Source of the DNA: Malacoraja senta
Taxonomy: Eukaryota
Length of the DNA stretch: 64,000 nt
Reading direction: 5' to 3'
Assembly (NCBI GenBank): GCA_038087875.1
Contig: CM075990.1
Span: 7,192,001-7,256,000, forward strand
The position numbers and the translations under genes are program-made. Position 1 is the stretch's first letter. Every line of letters starts with the position of its first letter. Below are positions 37,987-51,670 of this stretch, in pieces. The notes under the pieces were generated by a model, which was not told the origin of the DNA, did not search any database, and saw nothing but the letters and a program-made list of their open reading frames with translations.

Positions 37987-39832
37987 CAGGGACGTGCGGT
38001 CAGGGGAGGCAGAGCCTCACCTGTCGTACGCCCAATAAAAATAGCTGTTAAGAAAAGTAAAGAAAAATAACAATAAAATAAAATAAATATAAAGATGTTT
38101 CCACTGATCTGTGTTATAAATGTTATTTATTTATGAAACTAATCATTTTTTTTAGTAAAAATTGCAAAATTTGCGCAGCTCCGCTGCAAATATATGGAGA
38201 GTGAGAGGTGAGGCAGAGGCGAGTAGAGCCTCCCCTCTGATTGCGCAACCCCTTAGAAACTGCATGGAGTGGGCAATAAGCGTGTGCCTGTTACCATCTC
38301 TATGTATGTCACCAAAGTAACGTGTGTAAACACCTTCATTACATGTCCTTACCTTCCATAGTCCAGGTAACGTATTTCACATATAAAGTTATTAAATTTG
38401 TGCTCATCATAAAACTGCATTGAAAAAGCACCAGGGGAGGCAGCGATCATATCTGCCTCACAAGGGGGCGTGTCTTGAGCCCAGTGGATGGAGAGCGAGT
38501 GTCAATTACGTAGGCTCACGTAATTAACGCTACCTCACTCTCCTTCCACGTTAGCTAGCTTCAGCAGCGGCGGCGCAGACCAAAGATCATGGAGCGGAGC
38601 AAGATACGCCACTTCGGAAGGTAAGACTTTGTCGGTACATTAGAAAGTTATTAAATAAAAAATAAAAAAGATCTATACTTATAACAATAATAAAGTCATC
38701 AATTTTTGTACTTCCGTACATTTTGTTTAGTTCATGTAAGGCAGGAGTCTCCAAAATATGGCCCGCGGGACACATCAGGCCCACCACCTGATTTTTCAAG
38801 CTCAGATTCGAGTCGGGGAGCGCGGCAGCCCGGGGCTTCTCTTAGTGTTGTTACCGGTTAGATTCCTCGAATGGTCAGAGCCGAGACATCACTGGGCCGC
38901 CGTGAAGAAGGGTGCAATGGTGCGGTGGGGGGTTCGGTGGCGGTCAGAATGGGACAGCTGTGGGTTATAACGTGCCATCGTTCCTCTCTCCCTTCTCTCT
39001 CTCTCTCCCCATTTTCTCTCTCTCCCCATTCTCTCTCTCTCTCCCCATTTTCTCTCTCTCTCCTTTCCCTCTCTCTCCTTTCTATCTCTCTCCCTTCTCT
39101 CTCCATTCTCTCTCCCCCATTCTCTCTCTCATTTTCTCTCTTCCTTCTCTCTCTCCCCATTCTCTCTCTCCCCACTCTCTCTCCCCTTTTTCTCTCTCTC
39201 TCTCCTTTCCCTCTCTCTCCTTTCTATCTCTCTCCCCNNNNNNNNNNNNNNNNNNNNNNNNNNNNNNNNNNNNNNNNNNNNNNNNNNNNNNNNNNNNNNN
39301 NNNNNNNNNNNNNNNNNNNNNNNNNNNNNNNNNNNNNNNNNNNNNNNNNNNNNNNNNNNNNNNNNNNNNNNNCCCNNNNNNNNNNNNNNNNNNNNNNNNN
39401 NNNNNNNNNNNNNNNNNNNNNNNNNNNNNNNNNNNNNNNNNNNNNNNNNNNNNNNNNNNNNNNNNNNNNNNNNNNNNNNNNNNNNNNNNNNNNNNNNNNN
39501 NNNNNNNNCCCNNNNNNNNNNNNNNNNNNNNNNNNNNNNNNNNNNNNNNNNNNNNNNNNNNNNNNNNNNNNNNNNNNNNNNNNNNNNNNNNNNNNNNNNN
39601 NNNNNNNNNNNNNNNNNNNNNNNNNNNNNNNNNNNNNNNNNTCCCTCCCTTCTCTCTCTCTCCCCTCTCTCTCTCCTCTCTCTCTCCCTCCCTTCTCTTC
39701 TCTATCCCTCCCTCCCAGCCACGGCTCCACCCCTCTCTCTCCTCGGGGAGACGCGGTGATCAATACAGGGAGGGCCGGGCCACTGATTCTAGCCAGTGCC
39801 TCCCCAGCCATTGACCTCACCGCACATCACTG
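37987..39832. mobile_element. Non-autonomous hAT element inserted in a V-SINE; contains a CT-rich tract and an N run
   Basis: TIRs cagggacgtgcggt / accgcacatcactg (12/14 match). 8-bp TSD cctggtat (37979-37986) / tctggtat (39833-39840). The SINE resumes gtagggagtggatgagaaag. Confidence 0.8.
38980..39740. repeat. (CT)-rich low-complexity tract
   Basis: ctctctcccc repeats flanking the N run at 39238-39641. Confidence 0.9.
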
Positions 39833-40292
39833 TCTGGTATGTAGGGAGTGGATGAGAAAGTGGGATAACTGCACAAGTGTGAAGGGATGATCGATGGTCG
39901 GTGTGGACTCTGTATCATTTTCCATATCCCCTAATCAATTCAGAGCAGGGTCTAACTGTTTATGAAATGACAGTGTTATCCCTCATATTTCTTGGCTTTG
40001 CATTGACATTCAAAATAAAGAAAAATCGCAGTTCAGGATTTTTTTCAGAATTAAAATATTAATGTGTTCATGGAAAATGAATAAAAGCAAGCTATTTCTT
40101 TCTAACATGCCCATGAATCTTCTCTCTGTTTGCTCAGAATGATTATGGATCATTAATCTTTAATTCCGGTAGACACTTGGACTCTCCGGGAGAATGCCAA
40201 TACCATTTTAACCGCAGTGGATTGACTTTTCATCATTGTCTCTGGGACCACTGGGGCCAGTGGATATTTTCTATGATGATCACGGTAAAACT

Positions 40293-41048
40293 CAGTTTAG
40301 TTTAGAGATACAACGCGGAAAGAGGCCTTCAGCCCACCGAGTCCACACCGACCAGCGATCTCCGCACACTAACACTACCCCACATTAGGGACAATTTGTA
40401 CGGGGTGGGAGATTGCAACCTTCACGTGGTCCACCCTGTTTCGACTAATTCAATCNNNNNNNNNNNNNNNNNNNNNNNNNNNNNNNNNNNNNNNNNNNNN
40501 NNNNNNNNNNNNNNNNNNNNNNNNNNNNNNNNNNNNNNNNNNNNNNNNNNNNNNNNNNNNNNNNNNNNNNNNNNNNNNNNNNNNNNNNNNNNNNNNNNNN
40601 NNNNNNNNNNNNNNNNNNNNNNNNNNNNNNNNNNNNNNNNNNNNNNNNNNNNNNNNNNNNNNNNNNNNNNNNNNNNNNNNNNNNNNNNNNNNNNNNNNNN
40701 NNNNNNNNNNNNNNNNNNNNNNNNNNNNNNNNNNNNNNNNNNNNNNNNNNNNNNNNNNNNNNNNNNNNNNNNNNNNNNNNNNNNNNNNNNNNNNNNNNNN
40801 NNNNNNNNNNNNNNNNNNNNNNNNNNNNGGCTGTGCACGCCATCCGCAAGAAGAAGGAGAAGACAACTTGTACGTTATACCAGGCCAATTAACCAACAAC
40901 CATGTACGTCTTTGGAGTGTGGGAGGAAATTGTTGTTCTCGGAGAAAACCCACGCAGGTCACGGGGAGAGCGTACAAACTCCGTACAGACAGAACCCGTT
41001 CTCTGGCGCTGTGAGTTCTGAAAGGCGGCAACTCTACCGCGGCGCCAT
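40293..41048 (-). mobile_element. V-SINE interrupted by a GAA-tailed element
   Basis: Tail at 40293, body resumes at 40874, head at ~41048. Confidence 0.75.
40402..40861 (+). mobile_element. Unclassified non-LTR retroelement with (GAA)n tail
   Basis: 12-bp TSD gacaa(t/c)ttgtac at 40390-40401 and 40862-40873. 3' end gcaagaagaaggagaa. Interior is mostly N. Confidence 0.6.
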
Positions 41049-41189
41049 GTGCCACCAGATGGTATGCCAGACCAGTTTTCAGATAGTCTACTGTGAGCTG
41101 TTGTCCCGTCACTAGAAGATGACTGTATGGTCTGATTCATATCAAACTCTTCTAAACCCGCAGATTAGGTGGCCGCAGTGGGACAGCCC

Positions 41190-41812
41190 CTTTACAAATC
41201 AAGAACATATCAAACTCTGCTTTAAAAATACCTGATATCTGGGCCTCCACCGCCATCTGTGGCAATGAATCCCACAGATTCACCACCCTCAGGCTTAAGA
41301 AATTCCTCCTCATCTCCTTCCTAAACTGGAGATTCTTCCCCAGCATCTTGCTACTAGATTGATCAGCCATGACTGAATGGTGGAGTAGACTGGATGGGCT
41401 GAATGGCCTAATTTTGCTCCTAGAACCTATGCTTAGATTGAATTCAAATCACTGTGGTCAGGGTCTGGCTTCTAATTAAATTAAGGTCATAAGGTCATAA
41501 GTAATAGGAGCAGAATTAGGCCATTCGACCCATCAAGTCTACTCCGCCATTCAATCATGGCAGATCTATCTCTCCCTCCTAACCCCATTCTCCTGCCTTC
41601 CACCCATAACCACTGACACCTGTACTAATCAAGAATCTATTTTTCTCTGCCTTAAAATATACGCTGACGGCCTCCACAGCCTTCTGTGGCAAAGAATTTC
41701 ACAGATTCACCACCCTCTGACTAAAGAAATTCCTCTTCATCTCTTTCCAATAGGAATGCCTTTCAATTCTGAGGCTATGACCTCTCGTCCTAGACCCTTC
41801 CCACTAGTGGAG
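41190..41812 (-). mobile_element. CR1 LINE 3' fragments
   Basis: FRKEMRRNFLSLRVVNLWDSLPQMAVEA motif and gatcagccatgattgaatggcgg-type tails. Confidence 0.75.
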
Positions 41813-44800
41813 ATGTGAATTGTAAATATATTCTGAGCGGGAGACTGGCTGAAGAGCACCGTAGGATTATTGAGAGAAAAGGGCATAATTTGTAGATTTG
41901 CGATCTTACTAAGAGTGCCAGATGGCAGTGATAACATGGTGAAGCTTCTTGCCCAACTGTAGTGGAATGAGTCAGGTCACTGTGTTCTGAGCACCTCCAG
42001 GTACACAGCAGCAATTTAATTGCACGTTCGATCCACTGCAAGCTCTCACCAAATGCCGAGGAACCCTTCTCCCACAAGCATCCACTTGAGTGGTGTAAAT
42101 GCGCGAAGCATTTGTCAGACTGACACAGTTGTGATCTCGATGTTCATGCTCCGATCACAGGGAGATCATTGGGGGGTGGTTAACCCTGCCAGCCATCACG
42201 GCTGAGGAATAAACCAAGGGAAATGTTTTTCAAATCCCAGATCAAGGTATGCTATCTGAAAATTGATACATCAAATGCCAAGGATGTGCGTTCTTCTGCA
42301 CTACATGCACTGCTTTCAAGTCTCATGCCTGCAGATAACCAAGTTTGAAACAAGCTGTCATAGAACCTAACAAGCTGCCAACTCAATCTGCAAATGCAAA
42401 ATGAAAGCAGCTCTGAACAAAAACCAAAGATTGGTCAAATAAGTTTCCTGTTGTGAGTTGTATCAACTATTATGCTGATCACGTCACTTATTAAACCTTC
42501 CTCATGGCAGCTATATATATATATATATATCGAAGGTAGACACAAAATACTGGAGTAATTCAGCGGGACAGGCAGCATCTCTGGAGAGAAGGGATGGGCG
42601 ACGTTTTGGGTCGNNNNNNNNNNNNNNNNNNNNNNNNNNNNNNNNNNNNNNNNNNNNNNNNNNNNNNNNNNNNNNNNNNNNNNNNNNNNNNNNNNNNNNN
42701 NNNNNNNNNNNNNNNNNNNNNNNNNNNNNNNNNNNNNNNNNNNNNNNNNNNNNNNNNNNNNNNNNNNNNNNNNNNNNNNNNNNNNNNNNNNNNNNNNNNN
42801 NNNNNNNNNNNNNNNNNNNNNNNNNNNNNNNNNNNNNNNNNNNNNNNNNNNNNNNNNNNNNNNNNNNNNNNNNNNNNNNNNNNNNNNNNNNNNNNNNNNN
42901 NNNNNNNNNNNNNNNNNNNNNNNNNNNNNNNNNNNNNNNNNNNNNNNNNNNNNNNNNNNNNNNNNNNNNNNNNNNNNNNNNNNNNNNNNNNNNNNNNNNN
43001 NNNNNNNNNNNNNNNNNNNNNNNNNNNNNNNNNNNNNNNNNNNNNNNNNNNNNNNNNNNNNNNNNNNNNNNNNNNNNNNNNNNNNNNNNNNNNNNTCTTG
43101 TTTATTTTATTGGTTACAGTGAACTATGTTTACATATTCTGTTGTGCTGCTGCAAGTAAGGATTTCATTGTTCTATCTGGGACATATGACAATAAAACAC
43201 CCTTGGAGTACCAAAGGTGGCTGTGGAGGAACTCGTCTTTTAGGATTTGGGGTATAAGTTAAGTTTAGTTTGGTATGGTTTGGTTTATTGTCACGTGTAC
43301 CAAGGTACAGTGAAAAGCTTTGGTTTGCCATCCAGTCAAAGTAAATACTATACATTAATACAATCAACAGTGCACAGGTAAAGGATAAAGGTTTCAACAT
43401 TTAGTGCAAGTCCTGATCTTTCTACCTCATTGGAGACCTTTGAACTATCAAACTTTATTGGACTTTGTCTTGCACTAAATGTGTTGAAACCTCTATCTAT
43501 ATCCGTGCACTGTGGACGGGATGATTGTATTCATGTGGAGTTTACTTTCGTGGCCAGTCGTCAGCGATCTCTGCCTTGAAAAGAACTAAATAAAGGCAAT
43601 ACATATACACAATCCTCAGCATCGTGAGTTTTATTTGAGAGTAGAATTTCCTCCTCATCTCCATCCTGAATGGCTTATGCCAAAAGAATAGTGTCCGTCC
43701 ATCCTTTAAGCAATGGAGAAGTGGTGTCCCTGTTCCGAGGAAACGTGACTGGAACCACACATCGGTCCAACAGGGTAAGGATAGAGAGCTGCTGCCCTGT
43801 AGCACATGAGAGAACCGAAGAGGGATGTTATGTCAGTCTGATAGCATTATGGTATCGATTATTGATAACCTCTTTGTTAATCTTATTAACTGAATTGAGA
43901 TTTCACAACTATTGTTCAGGGATTTTGAACTTGGGACGTGATTGCTAGTCCAGCAGTTTTACAATTTAGCCTCCACATAAAAAAGCAAGATGGGGGGGGG
44001 TGGGGGGGGGGGGGGCTGTAGGGGTCAGAGGGTGGAAGGAAGGAGGGGATAGGACACAGGGCTCTTTGTACCTTGGTTGACTCTTGAGCCATGAGTGACC
44101 CAGACCACTGCATCATGCAGGCTGATCACGTATATTCTTTCCGCTGACAGGTTAGCACGCAGGAAAAACTTTTCACTGTACCTCGGTACACGTGACAATA
44201 AAATAAATTTAAACTAAACTAAACTAAACTAAACAACACTAAATAAACTAAACTGACGGAGAGGCCTGCGATCTCAGTGCCCAGTCAAAACTGATTTAAA
44301 CTAAAGGATTGAGATCAGCAAAGCGAACTCCAGAGAATCATTTGCCCCTAAAAACTAAGGCAGATGCTTTGTACAATAAACAAGTTTGACAGTGAAGCCA
44401 TTTTAATTGCACTTTTGCTTGGAGAAGAACTACTTATAAAATAACAGGGGCTTATGGGTCCAATTTCCAGGCTCATCTTTTAACAAGTTTTTAGTTACTC
44501 AAATATAGTGTTTCACTTGACGTCCACTCATTCTGATTAAATGCCTTGGGGATTCTCCCCATCTTAAAGGCTTTGTACTGTACGTAAGTGTGAGTTACTG
44601 CTGAAGTGGAAGGAAGTTCGAGGTGAGCTTCTATAAATAAGACACAGTCATCTGAGTCAGTGGTGATTGTATTTTTGCAGGTTGTGCTGACAACACAAAT
44701 ATGTAGCAGGCGGACGATGGTTTATCTGTAAGAATTGCCAGATTATACTTAACAAAATATCGATTTCCTTATTTAACATTTTCTTTTGCAATCGTGGGAG

Positions 44801-45574
44801 CGAAATAGCTTTGGAGAGATGAAGAAGTGTTGAAGGGAGAGTTCAATAATTCTCTCCAGTTTTATTGATTGGGGAGAATTATGGTCTCACAGCCCAGGGA
44901 GGAGAGAGGGAACCAAAATATCTCCAGTCACCTTTGGAAGTCAATTTGAAAGGTGGCTTTTACACCAAGCATTCCAAATACCATAGCGTTCGGATTTTCA
45001 CAGCAAATACCATGTTCAGTGGTTAAGGCCAAAGAATGATAGATAATAAATTCTGTGGCGAATTATGAAGGCTATTTTCTCAGATCAGGGATGTGTTAAC
45101 GTTCTGTTTAGTTTCTTGTCATGTGTACTGAGGTACAGTGAAAAGCTTTTGTTGCCTGCTAACCAGTCAACGGAAAGACAATACATGATTACAATCGAGT
45201 AATTTACAGTGTGGACATACATGACATGGGAATAATGTTTCGTCAGCAAAGCCAGCAAAGTACAATCAAGGATAGTCCGAAGGTCACCAATGAGGTTGAT
45301 CCAGTTAAGGCACTGCCTATTTTTTGGGATTCTGCTCTGATCCTTATTTTAACAGAAGAAACAGCATAGGAACAGGCTCTTCAGCCCATGATGTCTGTGT
45401 TAATGAAGATGGCAATATCTACCTACTTATCTACCTGCACATGGTCTGTATGCTCCAATCCCTGCCTGTTCAGTCCTGTCTAACTGCCTCTTAACCATTG
45501 CTATTGTATCTGCTTCTGAAGGGGGGGGTTGAGAAAGCATTGTTTATCTCTGCAGCAGTCAATAAATGTTTTCA

Positions 45575-46230
45575 AATCAAAATAGACTTTATTCAAGTCC
45601 ACACACACAAGATTAGAAGTTGTTCAGACAGAGCTGAACACACTTCTCAGCATCTGCATACAATTTGTGCGTGGTGGTGGAAAGATTTTTGGAAACAGGG
45701 CCGCGACGTGAACGCTCTTTCCTTAACCCCATTCAAGTGAGTAAATATATGCAATACAGGCACTGTGCAGAAAATTATTCTGCTATTTTCAGAGGCTGTA
45801 CTCAATTCAATTTGTTGTTACAACATATTGCCCAATTTTACCCCACACACTTGCCACTCATGTGGCCCACTGGGATGAAATCCCTTCCTTTATTTTGAGG
45901 GGCGTCTCCAGCACACCCTGCCCCCCAATGTCCAGCAGCGGAAGGACCCTAGACTGTGGTCCTCCCCCACAGAGCCTTGGAGTTGGCTGCAACGAGCTTC
46001 AGTGTGTCCCTCAGCAGGTACCCCTGCAGTCTGGAGCGGACCAGTCGACAACATTCCCAGACGGACATCTCGCTCTGCTGGAAGGTCAACAAAGCTTGGG
46101 CAGTACAAAGAGCGTCTTTCACCAAGTTGGTGGTTCTCCAGCAGCACTCGATGTCCGCAGAGAGTCAATAAATAACATGAAGGATTGTTGCGAGCGAAGC
46201 TATGTTGAGCAACATCAATTCTAATCCAGG
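45575..46230 (-). mobile_element. Tx1/L1-like LINE 3' end
   Basis: Manual translation CWRTTNLVKDALCTAQALLTFQQSEMSVWECCRLVRSRLQGYLLRDTLKLVAANSKALWGRTTV*, followed by a 3' UTR with AATAAA. Confidence 0.6.
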
Positions 46231-48271
46231 TCTTTACCTCTGTGAGTGAAACCCCGTTGTTATACACGCAATTTACCAGAACTTTATTAGCTCGTAATTC
46301 ATAGGCATGTTATTTATTTTTCAGCACTACGCAGTGGAAAGGCATTATGTAATATAATAGTGATGATTTATGTATCATTTGATTACTAATAATCAAATCA
46401 TTATCATTTGATTTGCTACTTCCTGCTTCACCCTTGCACACCAAAGGTGACTTAGACCTGGAGAGAGACGGGATCATGTTAAGCTCCATTCTAACCTTGG
46501 ATTACACACCTTTCCCTTGTAGAAACATAGAAAAATAGATGCAGGACATTCGAGCCAGCACCGACATTCAATATGATCATGGCTGAGCAGCCATAATCAT
46601 TCAGAGATGCTGCCTGTCCTGTTGAGTTACTCCAGCTTTTTATGTCTAACTTAAGAGGCATTCAAATTGACACATGAACAGAGAGGGCTGAGGGATAGAG
46701 ACCTTGTGTAGGCGGATGGGGTTGGTTTAATTTCCCATCATGCTCAGCACAGACATTGTGGGCTGATAAACATATTAATGTGCTGTTTGTAATTCTCTGT
46801 TCAGACTCCTAACATAAGGTCAACACTTATAAGTCAAGACTTTCAATGCCCTTTATTTATTTATCAGGGATTGAATCGATACTGGTGTATATTATTTTGC
46901 GTTAGGATCTACAGCTTTAAATAGCTGCACCATTTGTTGACGCTAGGTCAATAATGCAGTGTCTGCACAGGGCGATCACTAGGGAGACTCACTCTCTTCT
47001 GACGGCGTGCAATTGCACTGCTGTGTGAGATGATTTGAAAGAACATTTGATCCAGAGTGCAGGGGTACTAGATATGAGAGAATATGTCCAACACACTTCA
47101 TGGTTTGTTTCCGGTGCTATAGCGGTGTTAATCTAAGGAGAGAATTACTCCTGTTACCTGTTCTATGCATTCAAGGACGATATCTCGCACTTTGCTGAAT
47201 CCTAGTAAATGCATTAAAAAAAAATATATATATAAACAGGTCAGAGGTTAATGGGAGAAGGCAGGAGAATGGGGTTAGGAGGGAGAGATAGATGAGCCAT
47301 GATTGAATGGCAGAATAGACTTGATGGGCCGAATGGCCAATTCTACTATCACTTATGACCTTATGAATTATGACCTAAATGTATTCAGAATCTAATGGTG
47401 ACAATGTAGTACTTTGGACACCATGAAAGTCTCATGAGTGTGATTTATCATTGTCAGCGTACTCAATGTACACACATGTGGATATACGTGACATACTCCT
47501 CAATTAGTGGTCTGTTCTGAAGACAGCAAATCTAGCAACTGCAAAAGAAATATTCTTCAGAATATAAAATTCACAGTCCTCAGCCCATCTAACCTGCACG
47601 TGAGTCCAAACCAACAACAATATCAACAATACGAACATTTGGTAGAGTTGCTGCCTCAAGGCACCAGAGACCTCTGGTACTGTCCGTGTGGAGTTTGCAT
47701 GTTCTCCCTGTGACCCCGTGGATTTCCTTCAGGTGCTCCGGTTCCGTCACACGTCCCAAAGATAGGCTGGTTTGTGGGTTAATTGGCCTGTGTAAATTAT
47801 GCTGTGTCATGAGCTGTGTGCGATGTTCGACATTCTGTAGCTGAGATGCAGCAAGGTCATGATTCCACTCCTCTCCACCTCCGGGCCAGCTTCGGGCCGA
47901 GCATGGCGACAGTCAGGAAGGAAACACTTTGCAGCATTTTACCAATTTATTGTCACTCGGGGAACAGGAGCCGATTTAAAGGACATTTCCTGTGATAACA
48001 GAGCTCGGTGTCAGCAGCTGCTCTCTGCGGCAGATGAGATTGTTGTGACCTTACCTGTGTACTAACCCAACACGTGCCGGTGAGTCTTTTACAGGTGACA
48101 GGAGATTCAGATCAAGTGTTTAAACAGAAACTGCTGTACGGAAACGTCTTCTCCACAGGTCAGGGGCCCAGATGTGACTGCTCCTGACAGGAGTGTGAAC
48201 ACGCACGCTGTACTTATTAAAAACCATGCACGTAAACACTCTGCGATCAATGGGCCCCACGTGTGTTGGCT

Positions 48272-49120
48272 TCCGGTTCCAATGGCGCTGCGAATCGGCT
48301 GCCTCGCCTGCAGTGGGTTAGTTGTTTTGACTTTTTTCGATTTTTTTAGTTTGTGCAAAAGTATGTTTAAGTGTGTCTCTGTATGTCTTGTGTGGGGGGT
48401 TGGGGGGGGGGGATAGGGGGAAACCTATCTCGACGGAGGTGCGACTTTCTTCCTTGTCGCTTCTTCGCCCCCCCCCCCCCCCTCCTCGTGGCCTTACAGC
48501 TGGTTTGGTGCTGCCTTTCCCGGAGTCGGGCCCAGAGCTTCAGCGGGGGTGCGGCGGGGACTTTAACATCGCGGAGCGGGCAATCCCTCGCCGGGGGTCG
48601 CCGGAGAAGCACTCCGACCGCCAGCCTGCGGCCTACAACATCTTGGAGCCTTGGTCTGTGGAGTTTCCGGCGGCAGGCGTGGCGCGGACTTTACTTTACC
48701 GTCGTGGAGCGGGCGATCCCTCGCTAGGAGTCACCGGAGAAGAGCTCCGACCGCCAGCCTGCGGCCTACAACAACTTGAAGCCGCGGTCTCCGGTATGGA
48801 GGTGGCCGATTTGGGAGCTCCGGGCCGCGGGATGTGCTCGACTTGCCCCGACGTCGGCGTTCCGACCATCCCAGACGGCTTGAACATCGGGCCGTCCGTA
48901 GTGACGACTATGGAGGGTCAGGGCCCTGACCACGGGTGAACAAGGGAGGAGGAGGAGGACTGTCTGAACTGTATTGCCTTCCAGCACAGTGAAGAATGCT
49001 GGGGTGGATGTCTGTGTTGAATTATGTTGTGTATTATGTCCTTTTATAAGTGTAACGCTGCATGGCGAATTACATTTCACTGCACCTTATGGTGCACGTG
49101 ACAAATAAATTTGATCCTTT
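48272..49120 (+). mobile_element. GC-rich non-autonomous retroelement with a Rex-like 3' tail
   Basis: Starts caatggcgctgc, has an internal ~130-bp duplication, and ends tttcactgcaccttatggtgcacgtgacaaataaa, like the LINE tails elsewhere in the window. Confidence 0.5.
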
Positions 49121-49477
49121 GAGCATTTAGCTCTGTCCCACTTTGCATATGGTCTCTGCCTCCGGAGGCTTTCACAAGAAAGAGCGTCATCCATCATTTG
49201 TAAGAAGTATTCTGTCAATTCTGGTAATGATCCATGTGTTTTCTGCCTCTCTGGATCTCTCTGCTGGGTTCCTGCTCCCTTTCACTGTTCTCTCAGTCAC
49301 TATGGACATTTTTCAATGAAACCCTCTTCTACAAACAGGAGGAGGCCATTTGATCCATTGGCTCCATGCCAACCGCCAACAGACCAGTCCTCCCCCCCTC
49401 ATTATTTCCCAGTGGCTCTGCAATTTAGCCCTTTGCCTCTTATGTACCCTAAGGGATGAGTTATAATCGTCAATTAA

Positions 49478-49704
49478 AGGGCCTGTCCCACTTGTGCGGC
49501 GTTTGCGCGTCACGCAGATGGCACGTGAAGATTTTGTACATCCCAAAATCCTGGGGCGCTGTGCGCGACCACGCGTCACTGCCTATGTCACCATGCACCA
49601 TGCGCGCATCAGGTGCGCTTCACGACGAGCGCGTCGTGCATCGTGACGCGTAAATGACGTTGCGTAAATGACGCGCAAAATTACACCCAAGTGGGACAGG
49701 CCCT
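49478..49704. mobile_element. PIF/Harbinger-type MITE family E (second copy)
   Basis: TIRs agggcctgtcccacttg / caagtgggacaggccct. TSD TAA. Interior homologous to 37550-37784. Confidence 0.85.
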
Positions 49705-50394
49705 TAACCTACCAGTGCAAATACAGGAAGTGGGAGGAAAGGCATGTAGTCACAAGGAGAGCATGCAAACTGCTCAGAATGCACTGGAGATCAGGATTGA
49801 ACCTGGGTCTCTAGAGCTGTGAGGCTGTCAACTATTGCGTCTCATGCTGCCCATTTTTACCCTACACTGTCCAACCCTTCACTGTTCATCACTGCGGTTT
49901 TCCTGGTGTGCACTACCAGTCACCACATCCCCACCACAAGCACAAACAGGGCTCCTGCAAAGATCTCTGGAGAGAAGGAACAGACCTTCTTTAACAAACT
50001 CTGAAGCTGAGCACAACCACCAGAGCAGAAGAGCATTACTGGCACTCAGGCAGCACCCACACCCTTCCCCGAATTGATGGAAGTTTTTGGTCACTGCTTT
50101 GTTTAATTGGTATCAGTCATAAGTGGCAATGTATCCATGGGCCTGGTGTGGGTTACACTGCTCTCCAACTGAACAAGAGGAATATGTATGTTTCCATATC
50201 TATAACCTCACATAATCTTGTTAACAATATCATATGACATAAGTGTTTTCCAGCAGTAATTATATAAAAATAGATTCAATAAATATTGTCTGATAGCCGT
50301 GTCATTTAATGCATATTTTGCGCTATGACATAATGTTGGTTTCTGTTTTATGTATCTTTTATAAAGTTTGAAGCAAAGCCTATGTTATGAATTG

Positions 50395-50593
50395 TGTCGG
50401 AAGGAACTGCAGATGCTGGATTAAATCGAAGATAGACACAAAATGCTGGAGTAACTCAGTGGGACAGGCAGCATCTCTGGAGAGAAGGAATGGGTGACGT
50501 CTGAAGAAGGGTCTCAACCTGAAACGTCACCCATTCCTTCTCTCCAGAGATGCTGCCTGTCCCGCTGAGTTACTCCAGCATTTTGTGTCTGTC
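50395..50593. mobile_element. Palindromic Penelope-pLTR-derived element
   Basis: ~65-bp near-perfect inverted arms around ctgaagaagggtctcaacctgaa. Imperfect 14-bp TSD tatgttatgaattg / tgtgttatgatttg. Confidence 0.8.
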
Positions 50594-50994
50594 TGTGTTA
50601 TGATTTGCTTGATTAATAAATCCTTTGTGCACATACCTTTAATACTGATCATTTTTTATGACAGAGAGAGTGTTTCGGAGACAATAAGATAACCATATCT
50701 GCCATAAGGTGGTAAAAGCAGCCTATAACACCTTAAATGTAGCAAGAACAATCTTCCTCCATGAGAGTGTTTAAAAAAAGGAAAGGACCAATTAAACCAT
50801 GACATTATCTGTTAAAAGACAGACACAATAATAAATGAATAATAAATGCCTCATTCCCCATCATGTGGTTCCATAATCCACCAGTGTAAAATTGTCTAAT
50901 GTTAAGATGCAGGGTACGGTGAGCAGATTTGAGCAGATGGGTATTGAACAGGATCAACGCAAGCATGTTATAGCGGTTTTAAGGCAGGCTGGAG

Positions 50995-51670
50995 ACTTTA
51001 GGGATATAGTGTGGAAATAGGCCCTTCAGCCCACTGATTCCACACCGATCAGTATCCAGAACACGAGCGCAATGCTATAGCTGGGACAATATACAATTTA
51101 CAGAAGCCTATTAACCTACAAACTAGAAATCACCCCATAAATTAGCATTATCCTACACACTAGGAACAATTTGCAATTTTTACCAAAGCCAATTATCCCA
51201 CAAACCCGTAAGTCTTTGGAGTGTGGGAGGCAACCAGAGCACCCGGAGAAAACCCACGCGGTCACAGGGAGAACTTGCAAACTCTGTACTGACAACACCC
51301 GAAGTGGGGTCTCTGGCGCAGTAAAGTCCCTGTCCCACTTTCCCGAGTTACTCACGAACTCTCCCGAGTTTTCCCCTTGATTCGAAATCGGGGAATGTCG
51401 GGTAATGTCCGTAGGAGCCCGTAGGCGTCCGTAGATGCTTCGTAGCGGCCCGTAATGCCAGCCGTAGGAACTCGGGGCATCAGGTTAGTCGGGACGTTTT
51501 TTCAACATGTTGAAAAATGTCCACGAGTAGAAAAAATAGCCCCGAGTACCTACGAATGGCTATTACCGTAATTGTCCGAGTTTGAATCAAGGGGAAAACT
51601 CGGGAGAATTCGTGAGTAACTCGGGAAAGTGGGACAGGGCCTTAAGGCAGCAACTCTACCACTGCGCCAG
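50995..51670 (-). mobile_element. V-SINE(s) abutting the ARHGAP22 exon donor, interrupted by a MITE
   Basis: The head gcagcaactctaccactgcgcc ends ~27 nt from the donor at 51697. Confidence 0.75.
51325..51642. mobile_element. PIF/Harbinger-type MITE family D (related to C)
   Basis: Long TIRs agtccctgtcccactttcccgagttactcacgaa... TSD TAA. The empty site gcagtaaggcag shows a 3-bp, not 4-bp, TSD. Confidence 0.87.

Noticed and set aside
38871-43262. Long ORFs containing X runs
   Set aside because: Artefacts of N runs.
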